Part shown: one piece after another, positions 13,701 through 27,208 of the stretch
Layout: every line of letters starts with the position of its first letter
How positions within the stretch are numbered: the first letter of the stretch is position 1
Assembly (NCBI GenBank): GCA_030141605.1
Contig: JAQGDQ010000017.1
Span: 558,001 to 622,000 of the forward strand
DNA: 64,000 bases
DNA from: Tubiluchus corallicola
Lineage: Eukaryota; Animalia; Priapulida
Reading direction: 5' to 3'
Translations under genes and position numbers: made by a program
Notes under the pieces: generated by a model
What the model was told of the DNA's origin: nothing
The model's database searches: none
The model's input: the letters and a program-made list of their open reading frames with translations, nothing else

Positions 13701-16700
13701 TTTCACAAAGTTTAGAGGGCGAACAAGGAAACAAAAAACTCAAAAACATGATTTTCACCATCTAAATACTATAAAAGTATTTTATACTATATACAGTACT
13801 TGCAGAATTCACAAAACGAAATAAAATCTACTAATATAGGTTTCTGAGCGGAATTTCTCATAGAAGCACAAGACGCAAAACGCAATGTGTTAAATTGACT
13901 AAGAATCAGACTAAATATAACATAGCCACTCATCACCATTGACCTATATTTCGTGCGTATTTTTATTGTAGATTAAAGATAATTAAACAGAGTTAGTAGA
14001 CCACGAAGATTAAGTAGGATGAAGGGGAATAAGTACTTATCACAGTCAGTAATTTTTCTTGTAGACATTGATCACATTTTATTTAGACAAAGCTTGCTTC
14101 CCATATTGGCCAAAAACTAATGTAAAGCACCACTGTCCACCGCTTTTTGTCAACCAATGGCGCCACGGGCTTTGCATAGTAAACCACGGCAAAAGTATTT
14201 AAGGCGTGCTTAGGTGCTTGCATCAACTAAATTCATTTGAACTGATAAACAGGAACATTATTTTTTTTTAAATAAATTCAATGCAATATTTTGCTATTTT
14301 GCTAATTAATTTGTGGCTTGATATATGCTTATAAAGTAGAATATTAATCATTTATTTTCTATTTTGCTCATTGACAAAAGGAATAGCTGAGTAAGCATGG
14401 TGTGCACTTGAATGCTCAGTTAGGCAATACTGGAACATGTTAGTCAACGGGCTGGTGGCTGCTAATGAAAACTGCGGGTGGTCCCATATGACCATCGGCT
14501 ATTTTTTCAATGAGGAAGCATGCATGTACAACCAAATGTAGGTAAAACATCTCTGAAAGTTAGTATCTCATCTCAGAGGATTATCCCTAAAATGAACTAG
14601 ATTCCGGTCCTGCCATAACTAAACAGGCCAAGTGAATGTCAGACATCTACTTGTAGAATGCTGCAAGCATCAGTATCTACAGCCACATTGGCTTAATACT
14701 TTTTTACTGTAATCTTAGATCCAAGCTTAGTAGCAAATAACACAAGCTCTTTACAGCTAAAAATTATACTAATCACAATGACAATGACAGTGAGGGTATA
14801 ACTGTTTGTAGTGCACAATTTCAGAAGTGCACATAAAGAAACAGAAACACGTTTGTAGGAATTTTTCGTTTTTGTAAAGTTACGATCGCATTTAATGACC
14901 TTCTTAGGTAACGAAAACTTTGTGAATTTCATCGCAAGCCTAAGAATGTTCTTATGAATAAAACAATTTGTAGGAAGCTTTGTGAATCCAAACCCCACAT
15001 GTAGTACATTGAGTAACTATTGATGAACATATCTGAATATAATCTAGTGCACAAATTTCAAAGAATGAACATTTATACCTCGAATTTATATGAATCTCCA
15101 TTTCACGTTATTCCTGTTAAAGTTCTAGTGATAAAAAGCAAGATAGAATTATTTTTGTACTTAAAATTTATTGGACAAAAAGCCTCATAGTCTACATATT
15201 TGTTTCTTGTGGTCATGTACAGTGCACATTATACATGTCCCACTAAAGTAGAATAACATAATAAAATACTTTGTAATAGTTACACAAACCAGAAATGTTC
15301 ATTTTACGTGAAGAGGCAGCAATGTAAACATAGTGTATACCTGAACAATTTTTCAATAGTTTTCATATAACAAAAAAGCATTTATTGATAAATTAATAGT
15401 ACGACTTGAAGCAAATCTGGTAATTAATTTTATCTAAATCTACCAATCAAAATCAAGTCACCAAGCATTTGACACATGCACAGTTGCAGTTACCTACATC
15501 TTATGGCACGTCATGCTTACAAAGACAGTTTAGAGTTTATAAGCAGTTAGAAAGAGTAGCATTCACTCATATTTATCCTTTTCTCACACAAAATTCAGAT
15601 AGCATGTTAAAAAATTAACAGTGCAAGATGTGCGAAGATACAAGCGATCAATATCTTGACTCTTCACATAATTCAGAAGAACAAATTTTTAATGTAACTT
15701 GGAAACTGCAGGCAGTTTTTGTTTGTTTCACTGCATTACAACATGCTTCATTTTTGCACATTTTTGCAACATGCTTCATTATTGTGAATAGAAACATGTA
15801 AAAATCATACATGCCAACTCTATAAATTACCCATAACATTATTTATACACCTATCAATAAAATATGTACACTTATAATTCACATGATGTAAAAAGTTACA
15901 TTCACCGGTATGCAAACAGAAACCAAGAACTACCTCTATGCAGCCATCTTAATCATTTTGAAGTTAATAATAAATGATTAAGCAAGGAAAAGGTGCACCT
16001 ACAAAGATTAAATCCTTCACATAAGATATACAAACTAAATTAAATTTTACTTGTCAAAAATTGCAATTTACCTGTCACCCCATTTTAAATACAAATCAAT
16101 CCACACTTATTATATACTTATAGTTAATTATTAGTACAAAACTGCTAGGGTATAATAACAAACTACTCTAGTTTACATACACAACAGTTTAATAACATTA
16201 TGGCAGTAATATGCTGAGAGTAGTATGGTACACAAACTATACATTTCCGCTGAAATGATAACACCTAACCAAAAAAAAATAACATTGTCAATGACAACAA
16301 TATTAAAACAAAAACTACCGGGGTAAAATGAAATCTTATAATATGTGCCCTACTAATTTTAGCCTTACACAGATGTTGATGATTTAGCTAAGCTAGCGTA
16401 ACATGATTTTTTCACAATTTCTTTATACGAAACAAACAGCTGAAAAAAAGTGTAGAATCCTAAATTCAGTTTACAAGAAAGCAAGATTTCACTGCAATAA
16501 CATTACTACTCACGTACTAATAAATGCAAATAATTAACCATTTGAGTAAATTACTACGTTTTGTAACTATAATGGTCCGACAAAATTTGACCCACCACAC
16601 TACAGAACTTCACATCTTTTTCCGAGAAGAAAATAACTTATGTTTACTACAGGTATGAAATAGTAATTGTATACTATGGATTACATTTTAAATAATAAGC

Positions 16701-18439
16701 AATCAATTTAGTAGTGAACCATTTATGTACACTTGAAGAAAGCAAGGTTAAAGTGTGACAATAATGACTTATGAAACAACTATGCAATGGCGATTTTAGA
16801 TCAATACTTGGTTATTTTCCAAAAGTTTTTTAACCATTGTTTAATCACATTTTTGCTGCTAAACTGCTAAAGATCCGATTACTTTTGTATAACCATATAA
16901 TTTTTGTTTAGAAATTAAAAAAAATCAAACTCTGTCTTTGTTGGGAACTGGGATTTTCATAATACGCAAAGAAGTTTAAAATATCTACTATTTACCGAAA
17001 GAAATAATAATGGTTGACCTTTGACTATCATTACACAACTAGACTATTATGCTTCTAATTAAAGGTGGAAGCCCAGTTTACAATTAGAACTTAGCCTGCC
17101 TTGAGCAGCTATAAAATCTAAAATAGACGTGAACAGTGAGGTAATACCATACGACAAACACTTGATGACTTTAAATATAATGGGTTACTCATATTAATGA
17201 TAATTGCAAACAAGTCATCACTTTGAATGATCTATAATTACTTACAGCTTTACCTGTAAGTAATGCGAATTGCTAATTTTGCTTCATTTTAAATTAACAT
17301 GTACATAATTTTAATTGAAATTTAATGTGACCATGAAGCAAAATGATCTACACATACTTAAACAATTTTGCTCCAAAGGAATAGTGTTTTAATCGTTTGG
17401 AATCACAAGTAGTCAAATGAAACTGACTAGTTCTTAGACAGAGTCCAAGAGTCAACTAAAATTTGCAATTCTTTGCTGCTGGTGTCTTGGGTCCTAGCTG
17501 AATTAGCACTTACACAAATGTTTGGACAAACTCGGGCTTCTTACGACTTCTTTAGTAGCAAAAACTGAATGACGACCAGGACAAAATGCCAATGTTTCAA
17601 AAACACAGATACTTAGTAATAGCTTAATAATGTTTTCTTGATAGACATATATTCGTGTACACTCATATACACCTTGTTACACACATGTAAACAATACAAC
17701 TTAGTGGTTGAAGGACACTCAAAAGGCATTATCTATTAACTACACGGGATGAACACGTTAACATTTAAGTGCGGCAAAGTGCGAGTCACTTTACAAGTTA
17801 CATTATTATTTACATCCTTATATTCTTCCCGTACAACAGATACAATAAACTCACAAATCCAACATACAGTGCTAACTTTAGAATTTTCTCCAAAGTGAAA
17901 TATAAAGACAATAAGACTGGGCCAGTGACCCCTTTCTGAGATAAAAGCACACGCGTCGCTCGCCTTCCTTCAAATTAGAATTCCGTGCAGTTCCAAATTT
18001 TTCAGGCAGGCCAGGGACCTATAGCTTCACATTGCAGATTTATTTTATGAAACTAGGATTTTATAAGGGAAACAAAACTCAATTTTAGGTACAAACATTA
18101 ACACTTTGGTGTTGTAACCTATTTAGAGCATGAGGTTTCTGGGGTCACTAAAATTCCTGAAGTGAAACATTTATAGTCAAACCCATATGAAGTCAATATC
18201 AGATACGGAACATTAAGATAACACGCCTACATAAATAAAATTTAATACAAAATTATAAATATCAAAATAAAAGAAATCCCGAGCAAGTGATAGCCTGCTG
18301 TAACTCCTCAGAGGTTACTCACGTAATATATCACCGGGTAAAAAACTGAGTTAACTACATATACTTGGACTAAAATACTGGGAGTTCCTGCCTGCTTTGA
18401 TCGAGGTAAAGTTCAAGGAAAGCCACACCCAAGTCAATG

Positions 18440-19984
18440 TCACATAATCTTGATGTCTTCGTGAAAGGCAAGATTGGCTATTGTTTTCTTTATCCGTAGC
18501 ATGCTTAAGCGTGCAGCAGCATTACTGTACCAACATTCCTTCATCAATTTTGACATAACGCGCAGAGCTTCATTCTGAGCCCACCGATTTGGCATTTGAG
18601 GTCGACACATGTCTTGACACACCACCTTACGCATATCTTCTGGGGAGGGGTCTGAGGGCACAACATCATAATATGGCAGTTGGTAGTCCTCGCAAATTCC
18701 CTGTACTTTGGTTCTCCAAGCAATTTCCCAGAGGACCAGGCCAAATGAGTATACATCAGATCTTTTAAACGCATCGAAATGTGAAACATTCAATGTTTCA
18801 TCCAAGACCTCGGGTGCCATATATCGCTTGGTGCCAACGCGATTATTTTGGCCAATATTAATGGTATCGGTAGTTGAATCATGGCAAACGGCAAGTCCAA
18901 GGTCGGCGATACAGCATGTTCCATCCTTTTTTACCAGTATGTTCTTGCTCTTTACATCTCTGTGTGCAATGGCTGGCTTACCTTGGGTTCCAATGATTTC
19001 CATGTGCAGGTGAGCCAAGCCGCTGGCAGCTGTCAAAGAAAGGCGAATCATGGCCTGTATTTCATCAACACGGTAGTTACTGAGAAAGTCAAACAGCGAG
19101 CCATATTCGTGGTAGTCTGTTATAAGCCAGAGTTGCGTCCAGGTGCCATTATCTTTGTTATCAGCTGCTATAAAACCAAGAATGTTTTCATGTCTCAACA
19201 TCACCGTCTGGTATATTTCAGCCTCCCTAAACCATGAACGTTCATCGCGAGAGGAAAATATCTTTACCGCAACATTCTCACCACGCCACTTTCCCTTCCA
19301 TACCTCACCATATCTACCCTTTCCTATGCAATCTATAAGTCCAATCTGTCTAGCTATAGTTCGCTGAACCAGCAATGGCAAGCCTGATCCTGAACCACTA
19401 GTTGTCCAGTCCTGCAACAAGTCTCGAATGGAAGTGTCTGTGCTATCCATCATGGGTGAACTCTCAATGCTTGGATAGCTGTTGTATTGCTTGTACATAA
19501 GCATTTGCAGCCTATGTTTCTGTCTATGGTGAAACCAACAGAAAAATAATACTGCAAGGACACAAATCAAGCAAAGTGGAACCGCAACTAAGGTGGCTAA
19601 CTGCCACGTGTTTAGTGGGCCTAATGATTCCAGAGTCACAATACGTTCAGTACTAGTGCTTGGTGGAGGGCCAAGTGTAGGGCTCAAGTCTTTGTTACAG
19701 TAGTCATAGTCGCCACAACACTGAACGACATTAATGTGATTTAGTTGCTTATTTGTCAGACATATCAAAGGATTATCAGGGGGCAACATGGACTCCTTGT
19801 TGAAACATCTCATAGAGTACAGAATGTCTCCCCATTCTTGTCGATAAATGGCAGCAAAACAGATACCGTCAGTTTCGCATGTGTAATTATCAGCCTTGCA
19901 AATGTCACAGTGGCATTTTAGTGCAGCACTAAGGCCACTATAAGCTAACGTAACTATAAGCGCAAGAGCAAGTTTTAGCAACAT
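18440..19984 (-). CDS. TGFBR1: TGF-beta/activin type I receptor Ser/Thr kinase, ALK4/5/7 (TGFBR1/baboon) class; single coding exon, 514 aa
   Basis: Signal peptide; Cys-rich ectodomain ending CCGDYDYCN; one TM helix; GS box [10 protein letters not shown]; GKGRYGEV; VAVKIF; L45 loop [13 protein letters not shown] (Smad2/3 type); HRDVKSKN; DLGLAV; GTKRYMAPE. Confidence 0.96.
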   Translation of the reverse strand: MLLKLALALIVTLAYSGLSAALKCHCDICKADNYTCETDGICFAAIYRQEWGDILYSMRCFNKESMLPPDNPLICLTNKQLNHINVVQCCGDYDYCNKDLSPTLGPPPSTSTERIVTLESLGPLNTWQLATLVAVPLCLICVLAVLFFCWFHHRQKHRLQMLMYKQYNSYPSIESSPMMDSTDTSIRDLLQDWTTSGSGSGLPLLVQRTIARQIGLIDCIGKGRYGEVWKGKWRGENVAVKIFSSRDERSWFREAEIYQTVMLRHENILGFIAADNKDNGTWTQLWLITDYHEYGSLFDFLSNYRVDEIQAMIRLSLTAASGLAHLHMEIIGTQGKPAIAHRDVKSKNILVKKDGTCCIADLGLAVCHDSTTDTINIGQNNRVGTKRYMAPEVLDETLNVSHFDAFKRSDVYSFGLVLWEIAWRTKVQGICEDYQLPYYDVVPSDPSPEDMRKVVCQDMCRPQMPNRWAQNEALRVMSKLMKECWYSNAAARLSMLRIKKTIANLAFHEDIKIM

Positions 19985-20207
19985 ATTTCTTTGTTTTCAT
20001 CAAAACACTTTCGCCATTTTACACAATCAGCCATTAGCTATCTGCGCAATTTCATAATTCTCAGCCTTGCAAGCTTTCACCGTAGCTGAAATATTAACAA
20101 CGCCATCACTGCGACTCACCCCACAATATTAAACAAAAAATCCCAGATCTAAGCAGGCAGCTATGTAATTGGACAACGATAATGTATACAAATGGTTAGT
20201 ATAAAAT

Positions 20208-20230
20208 CTGAGAACAAACGAAAAAATTTA
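20208..20230 (-). promoter_or_regulatory. Splice acceptor in the TGFBR1 5' UTR
   Basis: Minus strand TTTTTTCGTTTGTTCTCAG|ATTTT, 223 nt upstream of the ATG; candidate donor GTG|GTAAGT at 20773. Confidence 0.5.
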
Positions 20231-21656
20231 GACTAATAAAACAAGTCCGATAAATATCTTTTTTATGTAATGCATAAAATGATAATTTTGTTCGAATCCA
20301 ACTGTTTCATGTGTAAGCACGTTCATTCAAAATACAGCTAGAAAACACCGCGATAGAAGCATCATAGAGCACAAACTGCTGCAACTAGCAGAAAAATAGC
20401 AAGAAAGGGGAAAAAATTGCGCATGGTGTTACCTAACATAACCTAAAGTAAAACGTATGGTATGTTACCTGTAAGCAGAAGATAGGAACTATTCTACAGT
20501 TGGTGTAAACTAAAGAATCACTTCAAAATGTGTTTCTTTGTTGAATAACTACGAGGTGATGTGGCCTGGAAGTAAAATCGAGGGGAAAATTGAAGACGAT
20601 TCGACAAGTTGCAAAATAAACCGAAAATGATTCTGACGATATTAAAATCAAAAGTATAACCCACTTTATTATGATCAACAATGACATTTTCAGATTTTTG
20701 AATCTTAATATCAAAAATGATTTTGTTCTTTAAATCGAGTTTTCAAGTACAGTTTTCCCAAAGTAGAACTTACCACATGACCTGCAGGGAATTTTGCAGA
20801 CACCACTAGGAGGATTAGTATTAAACTTTACTGAAAAAAATTGTTATTGTGCTTGAATATAAGTCTAATTCAAACTCAATCTAACTCAAACTCTCAAACT
20901 AACAGCTGTATTAAAGGTCTCAAGACTCAGAGGATGAGTTCAAATGAGTTAAAATAATGTGACTGGTACATAACATACATTAATTCAATAAATCGCACAC
21001 AATAATAATAATTAGGTGTACCTGTATTCAATTTCATTTACACTTTCATTTTAGACAGGTGAGCTACACATCAGCAACAAAACACACAAAATACACTTTT
21101 ACTTTAGTTGTAAATTTATACTATACATTTATTTCATTTAAATTTAAGAATTGTTTACAGGAACAAGATTATAATTTAATTACTAAAGCAATTGACGCTT
21201 GATAAATTGTGTATAATTTTACACAGCTACCCAGTGACTGCCTTCAGCTGCATGATAAAGCAGGTAGCATTAACAAAACCCACACATGAATTTCTTTGCC
21301 AAAAGGCAGCTTATATAAACTGGGCAAGTAGAGGTACCATTGGAAACCATACAAAGAGAGTTGTATGGTTTATTTACGTGACAAAAATTGACAAGGTAGA
21401 TACAAATACAATACACCAATTACGTCGTGCTAGTTTTTCTAGCGTTTTGGTACGAACAGTGGACAATAATACAAGTTTTATTATAAATTTGCTAATAACT
21501 CTTGAAATTCATCAAGTAGAGCCAGAGCTTCATCAAAAGCCAAACTGTATTAATAAGATTCGGCTGGAATGTTAGTAATATTGCACTTTCTCAAAGTCAC
21601 ATATTCCAGTAACAAACTAACAACATATAGTCAAAGCTCACCAGTTTATTTAAAAA

Positions 21657-24600
21657 GAGTAAACTATGTATAACACAAACATCTCGGGAAATTTCGTTTG
21701 AGTTACGCGAGGATACGAGTTAGACAACGTTCGTAAGACTACAAAATCGAGTCACTCACCAACGTCGTACAATACACTGCAGCCGGTGAAAATGACAAAC
21801 TGAGCCTTTACTCAAATATAAAAGAACAATCTTTGATATCATCAGCTCATTTTGCATCCTGACTTAAGGAACGCAGGAACCTTCAGTACCCTGTGGGGAA
21901 ATTACCGACCTAAATGGCTGAGTTTAGGAGCAAAAGCGGCTGAAAATGCATTTGATGAAGTTATGCAGCATATTTTCGTGCCTATACACAGTTGCCTGAA
22001 TCAGAGAGACGACATCTTAATTGAAGGCAAGGATGTTGGAAGAACACAATCAAGCATTACAGCAGGTGACAAAATGCGCAAAAGAACTTGGCATAACATT
22101 CAATAGAGACAAATGTGAATTCGGAAAGTCGGAAATAAAATTTTATGGATACAAATTCAGTGCATCAGGTCTGAAACCTAGTCCAGAAAAAGTAGAAACT
22201 ATTAAACACTGTAAAAAGCCAGAAGAAAAAATAGCAGTTAGAAGCTTCTTGGGAATGACATCTTACTTATGCAAATTCATCCCAAGATATGCACCAATTT
22301 TGAAACAATTACGTAACTTGACACATAAGAACACCAGGTTTCACTGATGCTCGAAAGAAAGAAATGCATTCCAGAATTTAAAGGATAGCGTTACAAGTGA
22401 AGACACTATTGCATTTTTTGACTCAAGGAACCAATCATGATGAGAGTAGAAGCGAGTTTTGGTGAAAGTATATTCCAAAAACACGAGACAGCATCGAAAC
22501 TGATTTATTTCATCTCAAGAGCTCTCACAGATCCTGAAACTAGATATGGTCAGACAGAAAAAGATGCTTTAAGTGTCAAATGAGGTAAAGACAGATTCAG
22601 AACTTACTTGATTGGTGCTCCAAGATTTACTATCGTAACAAGCCACAATCCGTTACTACCAATGTTTAACAAACCAACAGAAAAAGTGCCACCTCACATC
22701 ACGAAGTGGGTTATGGATAAGCAAGACGTAGATATCGAGTTGGTATATGAAGCAGGGAAAGATTACATAGATTTCTTATAGTGCCACCCATTACCAATAA
22801 AGGGCAATAGCTCTACTGAGAAAATCATTGCATCAGGCATAGAGAGAAAATTTTCTAAGACAATGATAAGTCAAATACAGAAGAATATCTGACACTGACA
22901 ATGATAGCTGTTACTATTAAAAAAGACAAATAGGAACAAAACAAAATGACTGAGTAAGTACTATCTTATTAGGCACGAAATATACATAGGAAATGGACTG
23001 ACGTTCACAATGGAACAGATTATTGTACCAACACGTTTGTAGACAGACAATATAATAGAAGCACATAAGGGATACTTGGGAAGTAGCGACTCCACGAGAA
23101 GTATTAGTTTCCACAAATGAACGAGATGGTGGATACTGTGATGAAACATTGTTTGACTTGTCAAGTTGACACACAACAACACTGGAAAAAACCAATCAAA
23201 CTATCAATCATTTGTCAGAAGCCATGGGAGGTAATATCAGCTGATTTTAGAGGCCCATATCCTGATGGACATTACAGTTTGATGGTAATATCAAGCGAAC
23301 AAGATACCCAGTGGTAGATACTATCCTATCAATGAGTTTTAAACATAAAGATAAAACTAAAGAAAATGTTCGCACAACATGGTGTACCAAAGAAGCTAGA
23401 AACCGACAATGGGCCACCATTTAACTCCATTGAATTTAGACAATTTGCAAGAGACAAGGGTTTTACCCATCACTGCATCACACCATTACGCCCAAGAGCC
23501 AATGGAGAAGCGGAAAAGTTTATGCAACTAGTAAGCAAAACAGAGAAAAGAGTACAAGTAGAAAGCCATAACAGAGGCATTGCAATGTTAGACATGGTTA
23601 CAGCACATCCCGTAACAGGAGTCTCACCTTATAAAGCATTAAGTAATCGAAATGTTATAACCAATTTATGCTGCCAATAACGAGACAGAGGAAAAGGATA
23701 CCAGGATGTAGAAATAGATCAAAATGATAAAGAATATAAATCCAAAATGAAAAATGTAGGAAGAACCAGCAACCATACACTAATGCTAGGAGATTACATC
23801 TTGGTGAAGCAGCGCAAGATTAACAAATGGACAACTCCATTCGAACCAATTTTATACACAATTACAGATGTAAAAGGCTCCCAAATTACAGCCAGGAGAA
23901 CCACAGGCAGTAGATAAATCACACCAGATGCATCACATTTTAAACTTGTCAATACACTGATGAATATGGCAGAGAACATAGTTACAGAAGACTACATAAC
24001 ACAATTTCAGGAAAAATCAGATATGGAACAACAACAGTCTATTCACACTGAAGACGTGTTCACTGATTGGAGATTCGCATCAACAGACTAACACTAATGC
24101 TACTGTGGAGGAAAGTTCCATAGAAGCAGCACGGGAGAACTAACTGAGGGAAACTTCTGCCCAGGAAATTTCCAGATTTTGTAATGACGTAAAGTTACAA
24201 GATCAAGATGAAAAGAGTTTTGTATCAGATGTTACGCTATCAATCAGGTTACTAGGTTACATTAATCTGCATTGTATTACAATTAATTGACTCAAAAGAG
24301 TTACTTGCTTATAAAAAAAATCTAAAGCACTAGTAGACGCAAACAATTTTTTTAAAAGTTATATTTCAGAATATTTTAAGCTTAATCCAAGACTAATTTC
24401 TATCAGGTTTTGAGTTCGATACTATGTTGTTCAACATCAATTGTTGTTACTCATTTTGTTCTTTTCTCAAAAAAATGGGAAGTAATGTAATGATTAGAAA
24501 ATAAAATGATGCGATGCTATCGATGTTTACGATTGAGGCACCAGGCAAAGAAGGAAGAAATCAAATTTATCTTATAATTTTCTATATATTAACTATAAAA

Positions 24601-24970
24601 TAGGCACAACATGGTCCATCTCTATCAGCAATAATAATATTGTGATCTAGTTATTAAACCATGTTCGATAAGCCATGTAGTGTTCAGCTTTCTGCTAAGG
24701 TAATACAAGAAATATTAGCATTTTTGCTCAAACTAGCAGTTAGAACGATAATGTGGTGCACACTTCCATGTAGGATTTCTCGCTTGGGAGTTGAGATAAA
24801 CGGGGTAATTTCAGATAGATTCTTATAAATTGGGCCAAGAATTCGGTTTGAATTACATGATAATTCGAGTTACACAATGTCTGCTAAAGAAAAAAATGAA
24901 AGGTAAAATTCGTTCCTCGAGATACGCAAGAATTGGAGTGATAAAGAGTTGAGTTACACGTAGTTTACTG
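21657..24970. mobile_element. Tc1/mariner (pogo/Tigger-like) non-autonomous element interrupted by a Gypsy insertion
   Basis: Left end GAGTAAACTATGTATAACAC (21657) matches the reverse complement of the right end, CAGTAAACTACGTGTAACTC (24970); both halves carry GAGTTA-type subterminal motifs. Confidence 0.55.
21840..24611 (+). mobile_element. Decayed Ty3/Gypsy LTR retrotransposon (RT, RNase H, integrase), 5' truncated, with putative 3' LTR at 24486-24611
   Basis: Frameshifted pol fragments: TFSTLWGNYR..CLNQRDDILI; FNRDKCEFGKSEIKFYGYKFS..VRSFLGM; RYGQTEKDAL; PWEVISADFRGP; GVPKKLETDNGPPFNS..ANGEAEK. Order RT-RH-IN. Purine tract then TGTAAT...CAACA. Confidence 0.9.
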
Positions 24971-25223
24971 TGCTTAGACTAAATTAAGTACAGTCACACA
25001 TTTCCCACACGACTTTTCATTTACATAAGTTGTATAAAAAGTATAATGTACAACAAAAACAGAACAAACCAGACAGACGACTTTCCACTGGGATAATTAA
25101 ATACCGAGTTTCATTTTCTAAATATCTTTGGCAAAAATGGAATCATAATGCAGCAACATTACATCATACTGAACAAACAGCGAGCTGCCAGAAAACTGAG
25201 TCACTTCAAAACCAATCTGACGT

Positions 25224-25364
25224 TTAAAATGTCGGAGATCGCAGGATGAACAATCGGTCTTCTTCGCTTTTAATCCAGCGCAGTAGCTTCTCAACAGCTG
25301 CAATTGCTGCTGCCTTCATTATCAGTGGACTAAAAACTGCATAGAGTTCGAAGCTCTGTGTTAC
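25224..25364 (-). CDS. MON1: MON1 exon 8 (last)
   Basis: VTQSFELYAVFSPLIMKAAAIAAVEKLLRWIKSEEDRLFILRSPTF*, the conserved MON1 C-terminus; TAG acceptor. Confidence 0.92.
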   Translation of the reverse strand, partial: VTQSFELYAVFSPLIMKAAAIAAVEKLLRWIKSEEDRLFILRSPTF

Positions 25365-26208
25365 CTATAACAGAGAAATCAGTAAATTAGCATAGGACAT
25401 TGGAGGTGCAAGGAAGCCAAAAGTTTTAACAATTTTGTCAGAAAGAAATAACGAAGGACATTCTGCACTATGGGAAACAGATAAAAGTGGTGCACCAGTG
25501 AGCGAATTACAGATCTTAACTGCAGAGTGTAAAAGGGAACAGGTTGAAGTCAAGACCACAGAAATTAAAACATACACTGCATAGTCGTTTTAGTGTAACA
25601 ATGAGCAGTACTAGGTAACAGTGAGTATACGAATGTTAACTTTTAAAAGGCAACATATAGATATAATAGCAGCTAAGAGGTATGGAGAAATGCTGCAAGG
25701 TTATTCATTGATAAAACAAACAATTCATAGTTTGGTGAGAAAAAGCATTATGATTAAAATTGATTGCCAATTTGTCACTAAAAGGGACAATGCTAAGTGA
25801 TGAAAAAACCTGCAAATTTCGTGATGATGCACTTCACTTAAGCAAGTTCCCATTGCAGTTATAAACAAAGACGTACTAAACATAAATACACCAGGCTTAT
25901 CATTTTTTTCATAGTAACAATTAGCAGCAATTCAAAATTTTTTAGATAAGTAAAAAGCCAAAAAATTGTTTAGTTTTTTTTGGAAGATAGCAGAAAAAAC
26001 AAAAATCTCCAAGGAAAGCTGAGGCAGTAGCTAATCTTCATTATAATAATTATTTTTATACAACTTAATTATTCACTAACTAAATATTTACAACATAAAT
26101 GCATTTATAATTCTGAGAACAAGTAATTTTTAAGTTTTTTATGTGACACTACTTTTATTTTATAAAACAAAAATTGCAAGGAGAAGCAGTCCAGATGAAA
26201 CCACATAC

Positions 26209-26350
26209 CCATCCCAAAACAGTTTCTTGAGTCCCGACTAGAAAGAGAATCTTTAGTGAGCGAGTGGGGTTATGTATGCGATGGTGAACTCGCTGGTATG
26301 TTCCAAATAAGGCCTGTCGCTCTTCCTCTGTACAATATGGGGCCTCGTAT
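26209..26350 (-). CDS. MON1: MON1 exon 7
   Basis: YEAPYCTEEERQALFGTYQRVHHRIHNPTRSLKILFLVGTQETVLGW; donor GTATGT. Confidence 0.9.
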
Positions 26351-27068
26351 CTACAAATACAACATTATATTACAGCAGTTGGTAAGAAGTAGTTTACTAA
26401 TCACTTATTCTTCAGCATTCTTACCCCGGTAGACTTCAGTGAGCACTAGTCAAGCCATGTCACCTCGTTTAACTGCCTGACAATTTGCAATAGTTAGCAG
26501 AACTTCTTATCCAGTATGTTCATCCGGAAAGGGAAATTTCACTGTCGGACCTTATTAAAAATACAATTACACTTGTGCTCAAAACAAGCCTCTTATCGCC
26601 TTTTAGTTTTTAAAAATAAATTGTCTTGCTAATGGGAATGCAGGGTTGGCCATACAACCTCATCTTTCTACAATGAAAAAGCATTAGAGATAATTTGAGC
26701 AGAAGTAGTGGGGTCAAATGACACAAGAGCCCATACCCCCATGGGTGCATGTAAAAAGATCAACAAAAGTCAAACACAAAACATACACTACCTTGCCCTT
26801 AAAAGTAGATGTCACGTTTTTCAGCAAAAAGTCTAAAGATTTACAATGTAGCTAGTCACCCCTTAAAGCTTATAATAAACAACCGAAAGTAATTTGATCA
26901 CGAGACCAGAAATCAGATTTAAAGAATTTATTTAATTGTTATAATATGTGCATTAAACATTATTCCTAGAAACTGGTACAATTTCTAGGAATTTCTAGGA
27001 CAACCTGTATTTTTGTTAGGATAAAAGCTGTCAGCTAATGATTTTCCGTCATCCATGTCAGTACTTAC

Positions 27069-27208
27069 TTTGGACATATAAATTGTGCAGTGCTTCGAGA
27101 TTTATAAATAAAATGGCGCAGGTCTTGAATTTTTGTCTGTCCTATGCTGCAGCTTCCTTCAGCAATAGCAGCAGTGACAGCTTCCAAACATTTGTGCCTA
27201 TTGAGACG
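27069..27208 (-). CDS. MON1: MON1 exon 6
   Basis: RLNRHKCLEAV...IQDLRHFIYKSRSTAQFICP; donor GTAAGT. Confidence 0.9.

Noticed and set aside
18544-19367. Four short ORFs overlapping the receptor kinase domain
   Set aside because: Alternate-frame or antisense shadows of a conserved CDS.
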